A stretch of 64,000 nt of DNA from Patescibacteria group bacterium (lineage in GTDB: Bacteria; Patescibacteriota; Minisyncoccia; Phycocordibacterales; Phycocordibacteraceae). The stretch spans positions 110,896-174,895 of the forward strand of contig JAZKAU010000003.1 in assembly GCA_040388985.1 (NCBI GenBank). The letters run 5' to 3'. Both the position numbers and the translations under genes were made by a program. Shown piece by piece: positions 46,416 through 55,488 of the stretch. Positions within the stretch are counted from its first letter, which is position 1. The number at the start of each line of letters is the position of its first letter. The notes under the pieces are model-generated. The model ran no database searches. It had not been told where the DNA came from and saw only the letters and a list, made by a program, of their open reading frames with translations.

Positions 46416-48944
46416 TTAGGAGACGATCGTCCAGCCTTCGGTAATTAACGGCTCGGCTTTCTTATATTTGAGCGTCTGGGTCTGGCTGCCGTTGCTGATG
46501 GTAACGGTGTCGTTGCGCTCATACTGGGTTCCCTGCTTGACTATCGGTTCTTGGGCGGCTGAGCCGTCGCCGCCTTCAGTAGCCGCAACGAGCTTTGCGC
46601 GCACTTTCGCTTCTTCTTGCTGGATGCGCGTATCGTCGGCAGGCGCGAGGCGCGGCAGCGCCTCGCGGACTTGCGCGGCGATTCCCGCCTGCATGTCCTG
46701 GAAACGCAGGAGGCCTTCGCGGCGATACTCTATCAAAGGGTCACGTTGACCGTAGGCGCGCAATCCCACCGAGCGGCGCAAGTAGTCCATGTACTCGAGG
46801 TGCTCGAGCCAGAAGGTGTCGGTTACCTGGAGGATGAGGCGGCGCAGGAGCTTCGTCCAGGTCTCGGCACCATATTCTGCGCTCTTGGCCTCGAATGCGG
46901 TGCGGGCAGTCTCGTCGTCACCTATCATCTCTAGGACGAGCGCTGAGATCTCCTCGTCAGTGCCCATGAGCGCGGTACGGCGGCTCGCATAGATGGCGAG
47001 GCGCTGGGTGTTGAGGACATCGTCATAGGCGAGGACCTGCTTGCGCGAATCGAAGTTGAAGCCTTCGATTCGCTTCTGCGCGGTTTCAAGCGACTTGGAT
47101 ATCATAGAGCTTCCTATAGGCTCGTCCTCGGCTATCTTGAACGTACCCATGACGCGCTTCAGCATATCGTTCGCGAAGACTCGCATGAGCTTATCCTCGA
47201 GACTCACGTAGAACTGGGTCTCGCCGGGGTCTCCCTGGCGGCCGGAACGGCCGCGCAGCTGATTATCGATGCGGCGCGCCTCATGGCGTTCGGTACCGAT
47301 AACGAAGAGACCGCCAGCGGCCATGACTTGCTCGCGCTCCTCGGGGTCTACGGGCGCGCCGCCGAGCTTGATGTCGACGCCGCGACCGGCGAGGTTAGTG
47401 GCGACCGTGACGCGTCCTGCGCGTCCTGCCTGCGCGATGAGCTCGCCTTCGCGTTCATGATTCTTGGCGTTCAGGACTTCGTGCGGGATCTTCGCTCCGG
47501 TGAGGAATTCGCTTACGACTTCATTGTCCTCGATGGAGACGGTACCTATAAGGACCGGCTGACCCTTCTCGTGGAGCCTGCGCACTTCGCGCGCGAGTGC
47601 CGTGTACTTGCCGTTATTGGTCTGGAAGATGAGATCGTGGTGGTCGACGCGAGCGACGGTCTTATTGGTCGGAATGACGATGACGTCGAGCTTATAGACG
47701 GTATAGAATTCTTCTTCGCTCGAGAGGCCGGTTCCGGTCATACCAGCGAGCGCCTCATACATACGGAAATAGTTCTGGAAGGTGACGCTCGCGAACGTAC
47801 GCGTCTCTTTCTGTACGTCGACGCCCTCCTTAGCCTCTATGGCCTGATGAAGACCCTCGCTCCAACGACGGCCGGGCTGCATGCGGCCAGTGAACTCGTC
47901 GACGATGACTATCTCGCCGTCTTTCACGACATACTCCTTATCCTTCTGGAAGAGCGCCTTGGCCTTCACTGCGGTCTCAAGGTGGTGAGCGAGCTTCATG
48001 CCTCCTTCGGTATAGAGGTTCTCGATGTTCAGCGCGCGCTCGGCCTTCGTGATGCCTTCGTCGGTGAGTTGTATGGCGCGCTGCTTCTCATCTACGGTAT
48101 AGTCTACGCCTTCCTCAAAACTCGTGGCGATGCCTGCGAAGCGGTCATAGAGCTGCTCGGCGTCGCCGGACGGCCCCGAGATGATAAGCGGGGTACGCGC
48201 CTCGTCGATGAGGATGGAGTCGATCTCGTCCACGATCGCGTAATGGTGCCCGCGCTGCACTATCTGAGAAGAGTCGTAGGCGGTGTTGTCGCGCAGATAG
48301 TCGAAGCCGAGCTCGTTATTAGTGGCGTAGGTGATGTCAGCAGCGTAGGCTTCAGTCTTCGTCGCCGGACGCAGGAAGTCGTAGAAGACGCGGAAGGAAC
48401 CAGTCTCGTCACGCGCCGCGTCCTCGCTATCGCTCACGTGCGTACCGTCATAGACATAGGCGCCGGTGGACGTTACGACGCCCACCGTAAGGCCGAGATA
48501 GCCATACACCTGGCCCATCCATGCCGCGTCGCGGCGTGCGAGATAATCGTTGACGGTCACCATATGCACGCCCTTCCCTGCAAGCGCGCGCAGCGTCGCT
48601 GCAAGGGTAGCGACGAGCGTCTTTCCTTCTCCGGTGCGCATCTCGGCGATCTTGCCTTTTGCGAGCGCGAGACCGCCCAAGAGCTGTACGTCGTAGTGCC
48701 GCTCGCCGAGCGTGCGACGCGACGCCTCACGAACGAGCGCGAAGACCTCGGCGATGTCAGCGTCCGTCTCGGGGCTGCCATTCGTGCGAGCGCGCACGGC
48801 GTCCAGGCGCCCTGCGAGCTCTTCCTGGGTTAGAGCTTCGAGTTCGGTAGCCTGGGATCCTGCGAGCGCCACCATGTTCTGCCCCGCCTTAATAAAGGAG
48901 GCGGACTGGTTCTGACTGAATACTTTCCCTAAAAAGCTGGCCAT
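46416..48944 (-). CDS. secA: Preprotein translocase ATPase SecA
   Basis: 842 aa with canonical DEAD-motor motifs (MRTGEGKTLVATL, VTVNDYLARRDA, DEIDSILIDEARTPLIISG). Confidence 0.9.
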   Translation of the reverse strand: MASFLGKVFSQNQSASFIKAGQNMVALAGSQATELEALTQEELAGRLDAVRARTNGSPETDADIAEVFALVREASRRTLGERHYDVQLLGGLALAKGKIAEMRTGEGKTLVATLAATLRALAGKGVHMVTVNDYLARRDAAWMGQVYGYLGLTVGVVTSTGAYVYDGTHVSDSEDAARDETGSFRVFYDFLRPATKTEAYAADITYATNNELGFDYLRDNTAYDSSQIVQRGHHYAIVDEIDSILIDEARTPLIISGPSGDAEQLYDRFAGIATSFEEGVDYTVDEKQRAIQLTDEGITKAERALNIENLYTEGGMKLAHHLETAVKAKALFQKDKEYVVKDGEIVIVDEFTGRMQPGRRWSEGLHQAIEAKEGVDVQKETRTFASVTFQNYFRMYEALAGMTGTGLSSEEEFYTVYKLDVIVIPTNKTVARVDHHDLIFQTNNGKYTALAREVRRLHEKGQPVLIGTVSIEDNEVVSEFLTGAKIPHEVLNAKNHEREGELIAQAGRAGRVTVATNLAGRGVDIKLGGAPVDPEEREQVMAAGGLFVIGTERHEARRIDNQLRGRSGRQGDPGETQFYVSLEDKLMRVFANDMLKRVMGTFKIAEDEPIGSSMISKSLETAQKRIEGFNFDSRKQVLAYDDVLNTQRLAIYASRRTALMGTDEEISALVLEMIGDDETARTAFEAKSAEYGAETWTKLLRRLILQVTDTFWLEHLEYMDYLRRSVGLRAYGQRDPLIEYRREGLLRFQDMQAGIAAQVREALPRLAPADDTRIQQEEAKVRAKLVAATEGGDGSAAQEPIVKQGTQYERNDTVTISNGSQTQTLKYKKAEPLITEGWTIVS

Positions 48945-49216
48945 GTAGGCCGTAGTATACGACTTTGTTTACTTATGAGCAAAGCGAATTAGTAAACAAG
49001 AAGTGCTCTTGTAGTGCCTGAATAAATAGTAGGCAGAAAGCAGCAGGCAGAAGCAGTTTTAAGACAAAAATGACACAGACTCTAAAGGCCTCTGAAAAAC
49101 CCGAGATGCAAGGCGCCAGCAAGTGAAAGTTCGAGCCAGACTCGCGCGTGCGGTGAGGACTTGAGCGCAGCTGGTAACGCAGCAGGTCGGGAAACCAGAG
49201 GGCTCACACAAAAGCA

Positions 49217-49245
49217 AAAGCCGCTCCCCGAAGGGAGCGGCTTTT
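49217..49245 (-). terminator. Rho-independent terminator (AAAAGCCGCTCCC-CGAA-GGGAGCGGCTTTT) after the lysine-rich protein gene
   Basis: Perfect stem with a tetraloop. On the minus strand it is followed by TTTTGCTTTTGTGTG. Confidence 0.7.
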
Positions 49246-49257
49246 GCGGCCGAAAAA

Positions 49258-49431
49258 CTATTTGCGGCGCTTGACTGCCTTGCGCTTTGCAGGCTTCTTG
49301 ACTGCCTTCTTGACGGTCTTCTTTACTGCTTTCTTCACGGTCTTCTTGACTGCCTTGCGAACCGTCTTCTTTGCAGGCTTCTTTACTGCCTTCTTGACGG
49401 CCTTCTTGGCGGTCTTTCGTTTTGCTGCCAT
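49258..49431 (-). CDS. Lysine/alanine-rich histone H1-like / Hc1-like small basic protein (57 aa) built of KKAVKK/KKTVKK hexad repeats
   Basis: From ATG 49431: MAAKRKTAKKAVKKAVKKPAKKTVRKAVKKTVKKAVKKTVKKAVKKPAKRKAVKRRK. The underlying DNA is an 18-bp tandem repeat. A clean terminator follows. Confidence 0.5.
   Translation of the reverse strand: MAAKRKTAKKAVKKAVKKPAKKTVRKAVKKTVKKAVKKTVKKAVKKPAKRKAVKRRK
49285..49420. repeat. 18-bp tandem repeat (about 7 units, CTTCTTGACTGCCTTCTT-like) encoding the K-rich hexads
   Basis: Read directly: cttcttgactgccttctt / gacggtcttctttactgc / tttcttcacggtcttctt ... Confidence 0.6.
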
Positions 49432-49474
49432 AGGTCTGTGAGTGAAATTGACTATTGCTAATACTCGACCCACA

Positions 49475-49685
49475 CGCGCACAAATCATTCCTCAAGGCGT
49501 TCTCAAGAAATAATTTGTGCGCGAATGTGTTCTGTATCTATTATTACGTGCAAAAATAATTTTTGTACGCAAAAAAACAATTGTGTGGATAACTTTTAAA
49601 AAAAATTTTAGAAATCTTCATCACTCCGAAGAGCTACGACACGCTTTCAGATTTATTTTAAGAAAAGACTAATTAGATTTGATGG
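49475..49685. promoter_or_regulatory. AT-rich (about 30% GC) divergent promoter island with an 11-bp perfect inverted repeat CGCGCACAAAT-N27-ATTTGTGCGCG
   Basis: A sharp compositional drop against a roughly 60% GC background. The inverted repeat is at 49475..49485 and 49513..49523. The region lies between the divergent lysine-rich gene and the MazF-like gene. Confidence 0.45.
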
Positions 49686-50093
49686 ATGTCTTCGCATACT
49701 TTAGGGATGAAATTATTTACTGAATGGCTCCTTCTTAAGAGGCAACTACACGAACGTACGCATCGCCCACCCTATGTGTCGGAAAGAGATATGTGGTGGA
49801 TCAGTATCGGAGAGAATGTTGAGCATGAGATAGATGGTAAAAGCGCCCGATTTACCAGACCAGCCCTTATTCTCAAGAAGCTCGGCTGTGGATTCTATCT
49901 TGTGGCACCGACTACTACCCAAAGGCATGTTGGTAGCTGGTATGTGTGCGTTCGGCTCGGCAAGACTGAGGAATATGTATGTCTTAACCAGATCAGGACC
50001 CTGGATTATCGTCGCGTGTATTCAAAGCTAGGTCAGATAGATACGAATGATTTTCGGAGAGTAAAAGAGGGGTTCAATAACCTTTATATATGA
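49686..50093 (+). CDS. MazF/PemK-family type II toxin (mRNA interferase)-like protein
   Basis: ERDMWWISIGENVEHEIDGKSARFTRPALILKK...YLVAPTTTQRH parallels the MazF/PemK pattern (GDI.wvdf.p..G.Eq.g.RPalvls......vivaPiTs). Lower GC than its neighbours. No antitoxin ORF of 60 aa or more is adjacent. Confidence 0.5.
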   Translation: MSSHTLGMKLFTEWLLLKRQLHERTHRPPYVSERDMWWISIGENVEHEIDGKSARFTRPALILKKLGCGFYLVAPTTTQRHVGSWYVCVRLGKTEEYVCLNQIRTLDYRRVYSKLGQIDTNDFRRVKEGFNNLYI

Positions 50094-50102
50094 ACGTGTT
50101 CC

Positions 50103-50128
50103 GCCGCCCTTGCGGGCGGCGGTCGCGG
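50103..50128. terminator. GC hairpin CCGCCGCCC-TTGC-GGGCGGCGG between the convergent mazF-like and murB genes
   Basis: 9-bp perfect stem; no strong U-tract on either strand. Confidence 0.4.
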
Positions 50129-50216
50129 CTAATGCCGAAGGCCTTGAACCTCAAGGCGTATTAGTAGGATACGAGATGCGATATGTAGAGTCAATAGATA
50201 TAAACTTACAAATGAG

Positions 50217-51239
50217 TTATGCGAGCGTGCGCACTTCGCGTTCGGCAGTGATGCCGGTAGCCTCAAAGAGCCGGCGCGCAATCTCGAGCGCGAGCGCGTC
50301 CACATCGCGCGCCGTCGCGCCGCTCGATGTCGTGAGTACGAGCGTCTGCGCCGGCCACACGAATGCCTGTCCCACGCGCAAGTCGCGTAAGTCGAGGACA
50401 CCGTGCCGATAATCGAGGAGCCAGGCGATGGGGACTTTTACGCCGCCTTCAGGCATCGGGAAGAGCGGCATGCCCGGATACTTCGCGGCGATGAGTTGCG
50501 CTTGGCTCTCCTGCAGCACAGGATTCAGGAAGAACGAGCCTGCTGTGCCATACGCCCTAAGATCGGGGAATTTCTTCGCGCGTATGGACCGGACGGCGTC
50601 GCGGATATCGCACAGCGCAGGCTCGGGTGCATCTTTGAAGTATTCCGCGATATCGCGATAGTCGAGAGAAGGTTGCGGAATACTCGCGAGCGCGAGCGTC
50701 ACGCGCACGACGATGAGCTCGCCGGAGCGACGCTTGAATACGCTGTCCCGGTATCCGAAGGCGCACGACTCTCGATCAAGCGTATGGAACGTGTCGGTCG
50801 TCGTGTCATATGCGTCGACGCTGGTAACGCAGTCCGCGAAGACGGCGCCGTAGGCGCCGATATTCTGGACAGCTGCACTGCCCACAGTGCCGGGAATGCC
50901 TGCGAGGTTCTCAAGGCCCCACAATCCTTTCTCTGTCGTCTGCGTCACGAGCGTATCCCAAGAAACGCCCGCGCCCACCGTGACGAAGGTCAGATCTTCT
51001 TTCTCTTCGTATTCGATACCAGGAATGGCTATCTTAAGGATAGCTTTCTCGATAGGCTCGTCGCTCGCAAGGACATTGCTTCCCTCTCCAAGCGGATACG
51101 TCGCGAGCCCCTGCTCACGCGCGCGCCTTACTGCCTGCGGTACATCCTCCGCCGACTCGCAGGTAATGAAGAGCCGCACTGGCCCTCCTATCTTGAAGGT
51201 GGTGTGGTCCTTGAGCGGAATCTCCTCTTCTACTATCAT
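50217..51239 (-). CDS. murB: UDP-N-acetylenolpyruvoylglucosamine reductase
   Basis: FAD-binding PCMH-type N-terminus (HTTFKIGGP..., GEGSNVL) and a MurB C-terminal domain. 340 aa. Confidence 0.85.
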   Translation of the reverse strand: MIVEEEIPLKDHTTFKIGGPVRLFITCESAEDVPQAVRRAREQGLATYPLGEGSNVLASDEPIEKAILKIAIPGIEYEEKEDLTFVTVGAGVSWDTLVTQTTEKGLWGLENLAGIPGTVGSAAVQNIGAYGAVFADCVTSVDAYDTTTDTFHTLDRESCAFGYRDSVFKRRSGELIVVRVTLALASIPQPSLDYRDIAEYFKDAPEPALCDIRDAVRSIRAKKFPDLRAYGTAGSFFLNPVLQESQAQLIAAKYPGMPLFPMPEGGVKVPIAWLLDYRHGVLDLRDLRVGQAFVWPAQTLVLTTSSGATARDVDALALEIARRLFEATGITAEREVRTLA

Positions 51240-51273
51240 CGCTCTAAATATAGCCTGCTTGGCCCGGTACGTC

Positions 51274-51738
51274 CTAGGGCGTAGGAGGTGCGACAGGATA
51301 GTCCCTCTTTAGATCAAGATCTTTCCAGGAAACTTGCTCACGACGGACGAATCGTTCTACAGCCTCCCTATAATTGGCAAAGAATGCCTGTACCTTAGGA
51401 GTTGTGTACATTTCTGAGATTTCTTTGGGAGTAAAGAATCCAATAGCCTGACCTTCTCCCAAAGCAAGCCTCTCAACTTCGTCGTCTGTAAGATACGCAT
51501 AGAAACGAGCTGCCACATCGCTGTGTCCGAGATACGTAAGCCCCGCCGGGATGATCCCGATTTCTTCCTTACACTCTCTTCTCATGGCCTCTTCAAAAGA
51601 CTCGCCTTCATCTATCCCTCCTCCGACAAGTCCCCAGAGATTCGGATTCGTTATACCTTGCTTGTCATCACGAAGTTGCAGCAAGAATGTACCTTCGTGG
51701 ATGAGAAGCGCACCTACGCCTTTGATATCAGGTTCCAT
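51274..51738 (-). CDS. NUDIX hydrolase
   Basis: Nudix box GGGIDEGESFEEAMRRECKEEIGI. 154 aa. Confidence 0.75.
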   Translation of the reverse strand: MEPDIKGVGALLIHEGTFLLQLRDDKQGITNPNLWGLVGGGIDEGESFEEAMRRECKEEIGIIPAGLTYLGHSDVAARFYAYLTDDEVERLALGEGQAIGFFTPKEISEMYTTPKVQAFFANYREAVERFVRREQVSWKDLDLKRDYPVAPPTP

Positions 51739-52196
51739 GCAATCTTAGTGGACGCAAGCCATTCCTTCCATACAGGCTCCAGTCCGATCTCTCCGTGTTC
51801 GGTTTGAACCACTGCGCTCGCAAGAAGACTCGACATCTGGCCGGGATCGCACCAAAGATGTCCGCGCGTCTCGTCTTCGCTCGCGTGCACCTCTCCCGTC
51901 GTCTCAGCGGTATAGATCCTCCAGTAATGCCAGTCGCCACCTCTGCGACACGGATTCTCTTTCCTGCCTTCAAGCACGAGCGTAAGCGTGGTCGCTGTAA
52001 GTCCTGTCTCTTCCCGAAGCTCATCTATCGCTGCCTTCTGGTAGCGCGCTTCTTCAGAAGCGCTAGCGGCGCCGTGGTCGTCAACGTGCCCGCTTGGTGC
52101 AGCGAGTCCGTACGGCGGCTTCTTGCGGTCTATGAGTAGCAACTTCCCTTCCCTGAAAGCCAAGACGCCGACACTCGTGTGGTCGCAAGGCTGCAT
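51714..52196 (-). CDS. NUDIX hydrolase (second, overlapping the first by 25 nt)
   Basis: Nudix box SGHVDDHGAASASEEARYQKAAIDELREETGL. 160 aa. Confidence 0.7.
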   Translation of the reverse strand: MQPCDHTSVGVLAFREGKLLLIDRKKPPYGLAAPSGHVDDHGAASASEEARYQKAAIDELREETGLTATTLTLVLEGRKENPCRRGGDWHYWRIYTAETTGEVHASEDETRGHLWCDPGQMSSLLASAVVQTEHGEIGLEPVWKEWLASTKIAWNLISKA

Positions 52197-52199
52197 AGA

Positions 52200-52592
52200 T
52201 TACTTGAGCTTACCCGCAAGCTCTGCAGGCGTCTTCGCATACCCGTCGAACAATATGTCGCGACATACTTCCTCGTCCTTGTCTGAGAGCGCGTACACAG
52301 GCTTGCCGAGCGCGACCGCGTAGCCTATCTCGAGCGTCACGCTGTTCCCGCTATATCCGTCCTTATTGAATATGAACGTGGCATCTGCTTTCCGGATCTT
52401 CTGGAAGTGGTCATAGGTGAGGCCCATGGCGATGAACTTCTTATTGTGATCCGTGATCTTCTCGAGGCCGCCGTAATGATAGGTATAGTAATGGGCTGTG
52501 TAGACCGTGATACCGAGCTTCCGGAGCTTGTCTGCGAAGGCGAGCGCCTCTTTCGCGAAGCGGTTACTCGAGCTTATCGTGACCGATTTCAT
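52200..52592 (-). CDS. Nucleoside 2-deoxyribosyltransferase-like protein (NDT fold)
   Basis: From ATG 52592: MKSVTISSS...; GNSVTLEIGYAVALGKPVYAL resembles the NDT catalytic-Glu region (D.GTAFElGya.alGKPv). The tracked ORF start (52616) is GTG. Confidence 0.5.
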   Translation of the reverse strand: MKSVTISSSNRFAKEALAFADKLRKLGITVYTAHYYTYHYGGLEKITDHNKKFIAMGLTYDHFQKIRKADATFIFNKDGYSGNSVTLEIGYAVALGKPVYALSDKDEEVCRDILFDGYAKTPAELAGKLK

Positions 52593-52646
52593 GCCGGAAT
52601 CATAGCACGACTCCACTTAAAGATACCTGTTTCCTCTCCTCCTTGA

Positions 52647-53219
52647 TTATCCCTCCTGATCTGCCAAATGAGGATAGTAGGTTCTAATGATTCCTTCTCT
52701 ATGTTCTTTAAATGGTCCGAGTCCGACCGACGCTCTTCGTTCGTCGATGTGCTCAATATCTTCAATCGGTTGCGGCCCATACGCGACGACTATTTGTCTT
52801 GTCGCCGCATCTCGAGTCTCATGAAATTGCGTTCCATATAACTGAAGCCGTCCAGTATTGACACGGACACGATCTTCTAGAAATGCGGTGTCTCGCACCT
52901 CTACTTCATCTGGAGACTCGGCCTTCATAAGACTAAGACAGTGCTCTTGAAATCCGGAGTCGTGATCTGCATGCTGGACAATAGTCCATGCGGCATGCGC
53001 TGCCTCTTTCCCGACTTTTGAAATTGTTGGCCACCCTATCTCTGCAATGACACTTCTCATCCTTTCCGTATTCTCTCGATCAACATTCTCATCCCATATT
53101 GAATCATCCTTGAGATTGCTACTACGCATGTCCTGGTCCGTTGCATACCGGGCGAGAATCTCCACGGCAAGTTTGGGGTATTGAACAACCCCTTCTCTTC
53201 CTTGATAAGCCTCACTCAT
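52647..53219 (-). CDS. Hypothetical protein
   Basis: 190-aa acidic ORF from ATG 53219 (MSEAYQGREGVVQYPKLAVEIL...). No family recognised. Confidence 0.4.
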   Translation of the reverse strand: MSEAYQGREGVVQYPKLAVEILARYATDQDMRSSNLKDDSIWDENVDRENTERMRSVIAEIGWPTISKVGKEAAHAAWTIVQHADHDSGFQEHCLSLMKAESPDEVEVRDTAFLEDRVRVNTGRLQLYGTQFHETRDAATRQIVVAYGPQPIEDIEHIDERRASVGLGPFKEHREGIIRTYYPHLADQEG

Positions 53220-53286
53220 TAAGGAGATACTAGCAGACTGAATCCTGACCCGCACGGAGCGAGATTATCTCGTGCGTGAGCGGAAC

Positions 53287-55443
53287 TTATTTCGTTATGC
53301 CCAGCTGCTGCAATACCGCCGCACCTTGGCTCGCTGATTCTGGATGCGCCGCGATAGTCGCGTTCACCTGCGCGACCGCGTCCGCGCGGCGGCCGGCTGC
53401 GGAATAGATAGCGGCGAGCTGGAAGCCGGTCGCCGCATCATTCTGCTGCGCAAGATGCGCCTTCACGATGCTGATGAGATCGTCCCAGTCCTGTATCTGG
53501 TAGTACGCGAGCAGGAGGATGGACTGATTGAGCGTCGTGGTGCCGAAGGTCTGCGCAAGGAGCGCCTTTCCGCCAGCGACATCATGCTGCGCGATGAGGC
53601 TCCCCGCGATAAACGGAACGATGTCGGTATCGTGAGTGTCGAGCGCATACGCATCCTTGAAGAATGTCTCGGCGCCGGCATAGTCGTTCGACTGGAAAGC
53701 TTCGAGTCCTTGTTCGAGGATGATGGTCTGCTTGCGCGGCGAGAGCTCGCGGGCGCGGGCGCTCTCGGCCTGCGCGTCCTTGATGCGTCCTATGCTGCGC
53801 AGCAAGAGCGCGTACTGCACGTGCAGGCGAGCGTCCAGAGGCGTATCGGCGAGCTGCCGCTGCATCTCCTGTACGGCATAGGTCGCGACCTCGGCACGCT
53901 GTGCGTCAGGAACGCTGGCATTGCTTGCCACCGTCGGAGCGAAGTTCGCGAGCTGCTCGGCGATTTCCTGGTGCGCGAAGGAGCCGTCGTTCACTGCCTT
54001 CTTGAAGTAGCCCAGTCGTGCGGCCGCGTCATTGGATGGCGTGAGCGCGCCGATGAGATCACCGCCCGCGCTTACGCTCGGCACGTTCACGAACCATATG
54101 ACAAGGATGACGACTACCGCCGCGAGAGGCGCTATGACGGTAGTGAGAGGCGCCTTCCCTACTTCAGGCCAACGCTCCATAAGTGCTATCGGACGCGAAC
54201 GGACCTTGTGCGCCATGGCGAGGATGGCGACGAACGGAAGATAGGTGAAAAGGTTATCGAAGACGACAAGACCCTGGATCACGTAGCCGGTGAGCGCTGC
54301 AAGCAGGAAGATACGTTCTGAACGGGACACAGGCGCGCGATAGAGGCCGTAGGCGGCCGAGAGTAGTACGGCGAGGAAGAGGAGGAGCGCGGGGATGCCG
54401 CCAGCGACCGCCCAATCGAGGAACATATCGTGAGCCCGGTCGAACCACGGCTCCTGTCCGTACATCGACGGTTCGTAGTAGGTATTAAATACGTAGTTGT
54501 AGCCCTCCTGACCCCAACCGGTGACCGGGCGCGCCTGTATGCCCTCCACTGCCATGTGCCAGATAGTGAAGCGCGTCCCGAGCGCTTGCTTTAGCGAGAA
54601 GGCAGAGGCGAGACGATCGAGATTCGGGCTGGCGTGCACGAAGGCGCTATTGCGCACTGCGAAGAGTCCGCCCACCAGAAGTACGAGTACGGCAAAGAGC
54701 GCGACGGCGCCTTTCCTTCCCCGCTTTCCGGCTTCAAGCATCCACAGTACGCTGCCGACGACTCCCGCGCCGATAAGGGCTATGAAGCTGCCGCGCGTGC
54801 CGGTCTGGAAGAGCACGACGAGTTCGAGCGCGGCAAGGACGAAGAGTCCGTACTTGAGCCACGCGTAGTCTTTGCCACGCGTCTCGAATGCCTGCCAGAG
54901 CGCGATGGCGATGGCGAAGAGAAGATACCCGGCGAGATACTCTGCATTGCCGAGCGTCGAGTCGATGCGATCCGCGCTCTGGCTGATAGTAGCCATACCT
55001 GTCATCTGCATGAGTCCGTAGACCGTCACGAGCGCTGCGCCTCCCGTAAACGCAAGCCACCACTTCCGCCAGAGGGTATCGACTGACAGGATGGAGCTGG
55101 CGACCAGCATGAAGAGATAGAGGTGAATCAGGGTTATCCAGCCGTCCATGCGTTCGAAGTTGCTCCAGAAGGCCTTGTGCGGGTTCACGGCAAAGAATAC
55201 GGCGATAAGCATCCAGAAGACGAAGGTCTTGTACCAGGCGAGCGTCCAGGAGAATCGCGGACGGTAGCGGCGATCGGCGAACGCGAGTATGGTCCAGGCA
55301 CCGAACGCTATCTCGACCAAGACGCGGAAGAAGAAGTTCTTGCCGGTGATGAAGGGAAAGTAGGAGCCATTAGCTACATATAAGGAGAGGAACGGAATGG
55401 CGAACAGGGCGACGACGGCGACCCACCAGGCAACTTTTTTCAT
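53287..55443 (-). CDS. O-antigen ligase/polymerase (Wzy_C)-family membrane protein with C-terminal TPR repeats
   Basis: About 10 TM helices, with a large periplasmic loop and a Wzy_C-like core (GTRGSFIALIGAGVV, NRAHDMFLDWAVAGGIPALLLFLAVLL). The C-terminal about 250 aa are TPR-like (AYALDTHD...AAIYSAAGRRADAV). ATG 55443 chosen; the tracked ORF begins at GTG 55464. Confidence 0.7.
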   Translation of the reverse strand: MKKVAWWVAVVALFAIPFLSLYVANGSYFPFITGKNFFFRVLVEIAFGAWTILAFADRRYRPRFSWTLAWYKTFVFWMLIAVFFAVNPHKAFWSNFERMDGWITLIHLYLFMLVASSILSVDTLWRKWWLAFTGGAALVTVYGLMQMTGMATISQSADRIDSTLGNAEYLAGYLLFAIAIALWQAFETRGKDYAWLKYGLFVLAALELVVLFQTGTRGSFIALIGAGVVGSVLWMLEAGKRGRKGAVALFAVLVLLVGGLFAVRNSAFVHASPNLDRLASAFSLKQALGTRFTIWHMAVEGIQARPVTGWGQEGYNYVFNTYYEPSMYGQEPWFDRAHDMFLDWAVAGGIPALLLFLAVLLSAAYGLYRAPVSRSERIFLLAALTGYVIQGLVVFDNLFTYLPFVAILAMAHKVRSRPIALMERWPEVGKAPLTTVIAPLAAVVVILVIWFVNVPSVSAGGDLIGALTPSNDAAARLGYFKKAVNDGSFAHQEIAEQLANFAPTVASNASVPDAQRAEVATYAVQEMQRQLADTPLDARLHVQYALLLRSIGRIKDAQAESARARELSPRKQTIILEQGLEAFQSNDYAGAETFFKDAYALDTHDTDIVPFIAGSLIAQHDVAGGKALLAQTFGTTTLNQSILLLAYYQIQDWDDLISIVKAHLAQQNDAATGFQLAAIYSAAGRRADAVAQVNATIAAHPESASQGAAVLQQLGITK

Positions 55444-55488
55444 ATGCGCGTAGTATACCACCACCCTAATTCTTACTGCGTAGCTATG

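Noticed and set aside
47283-48833. 516-aa + strand ORF antisense to secA.
   Set aside because: secA on the minus strand has unmistakable motifs across its length. The antisense frame is an open frame caused by high GC and has no recognisable domains.
50403-51284. 293-aa + strand ORF antisense to murB.
   Set aside because: Same reasoning; the murB frame carries the FAD-binding and MurB C-terminal motifs.
53344-55086. ORFs antisense to the O-antigen-ligase-like gene (53344..54321, 54634..55086).
   Set aside because: Shadow ORFs. The sense frame encodes a coherent 10-TM plus TPR protein.
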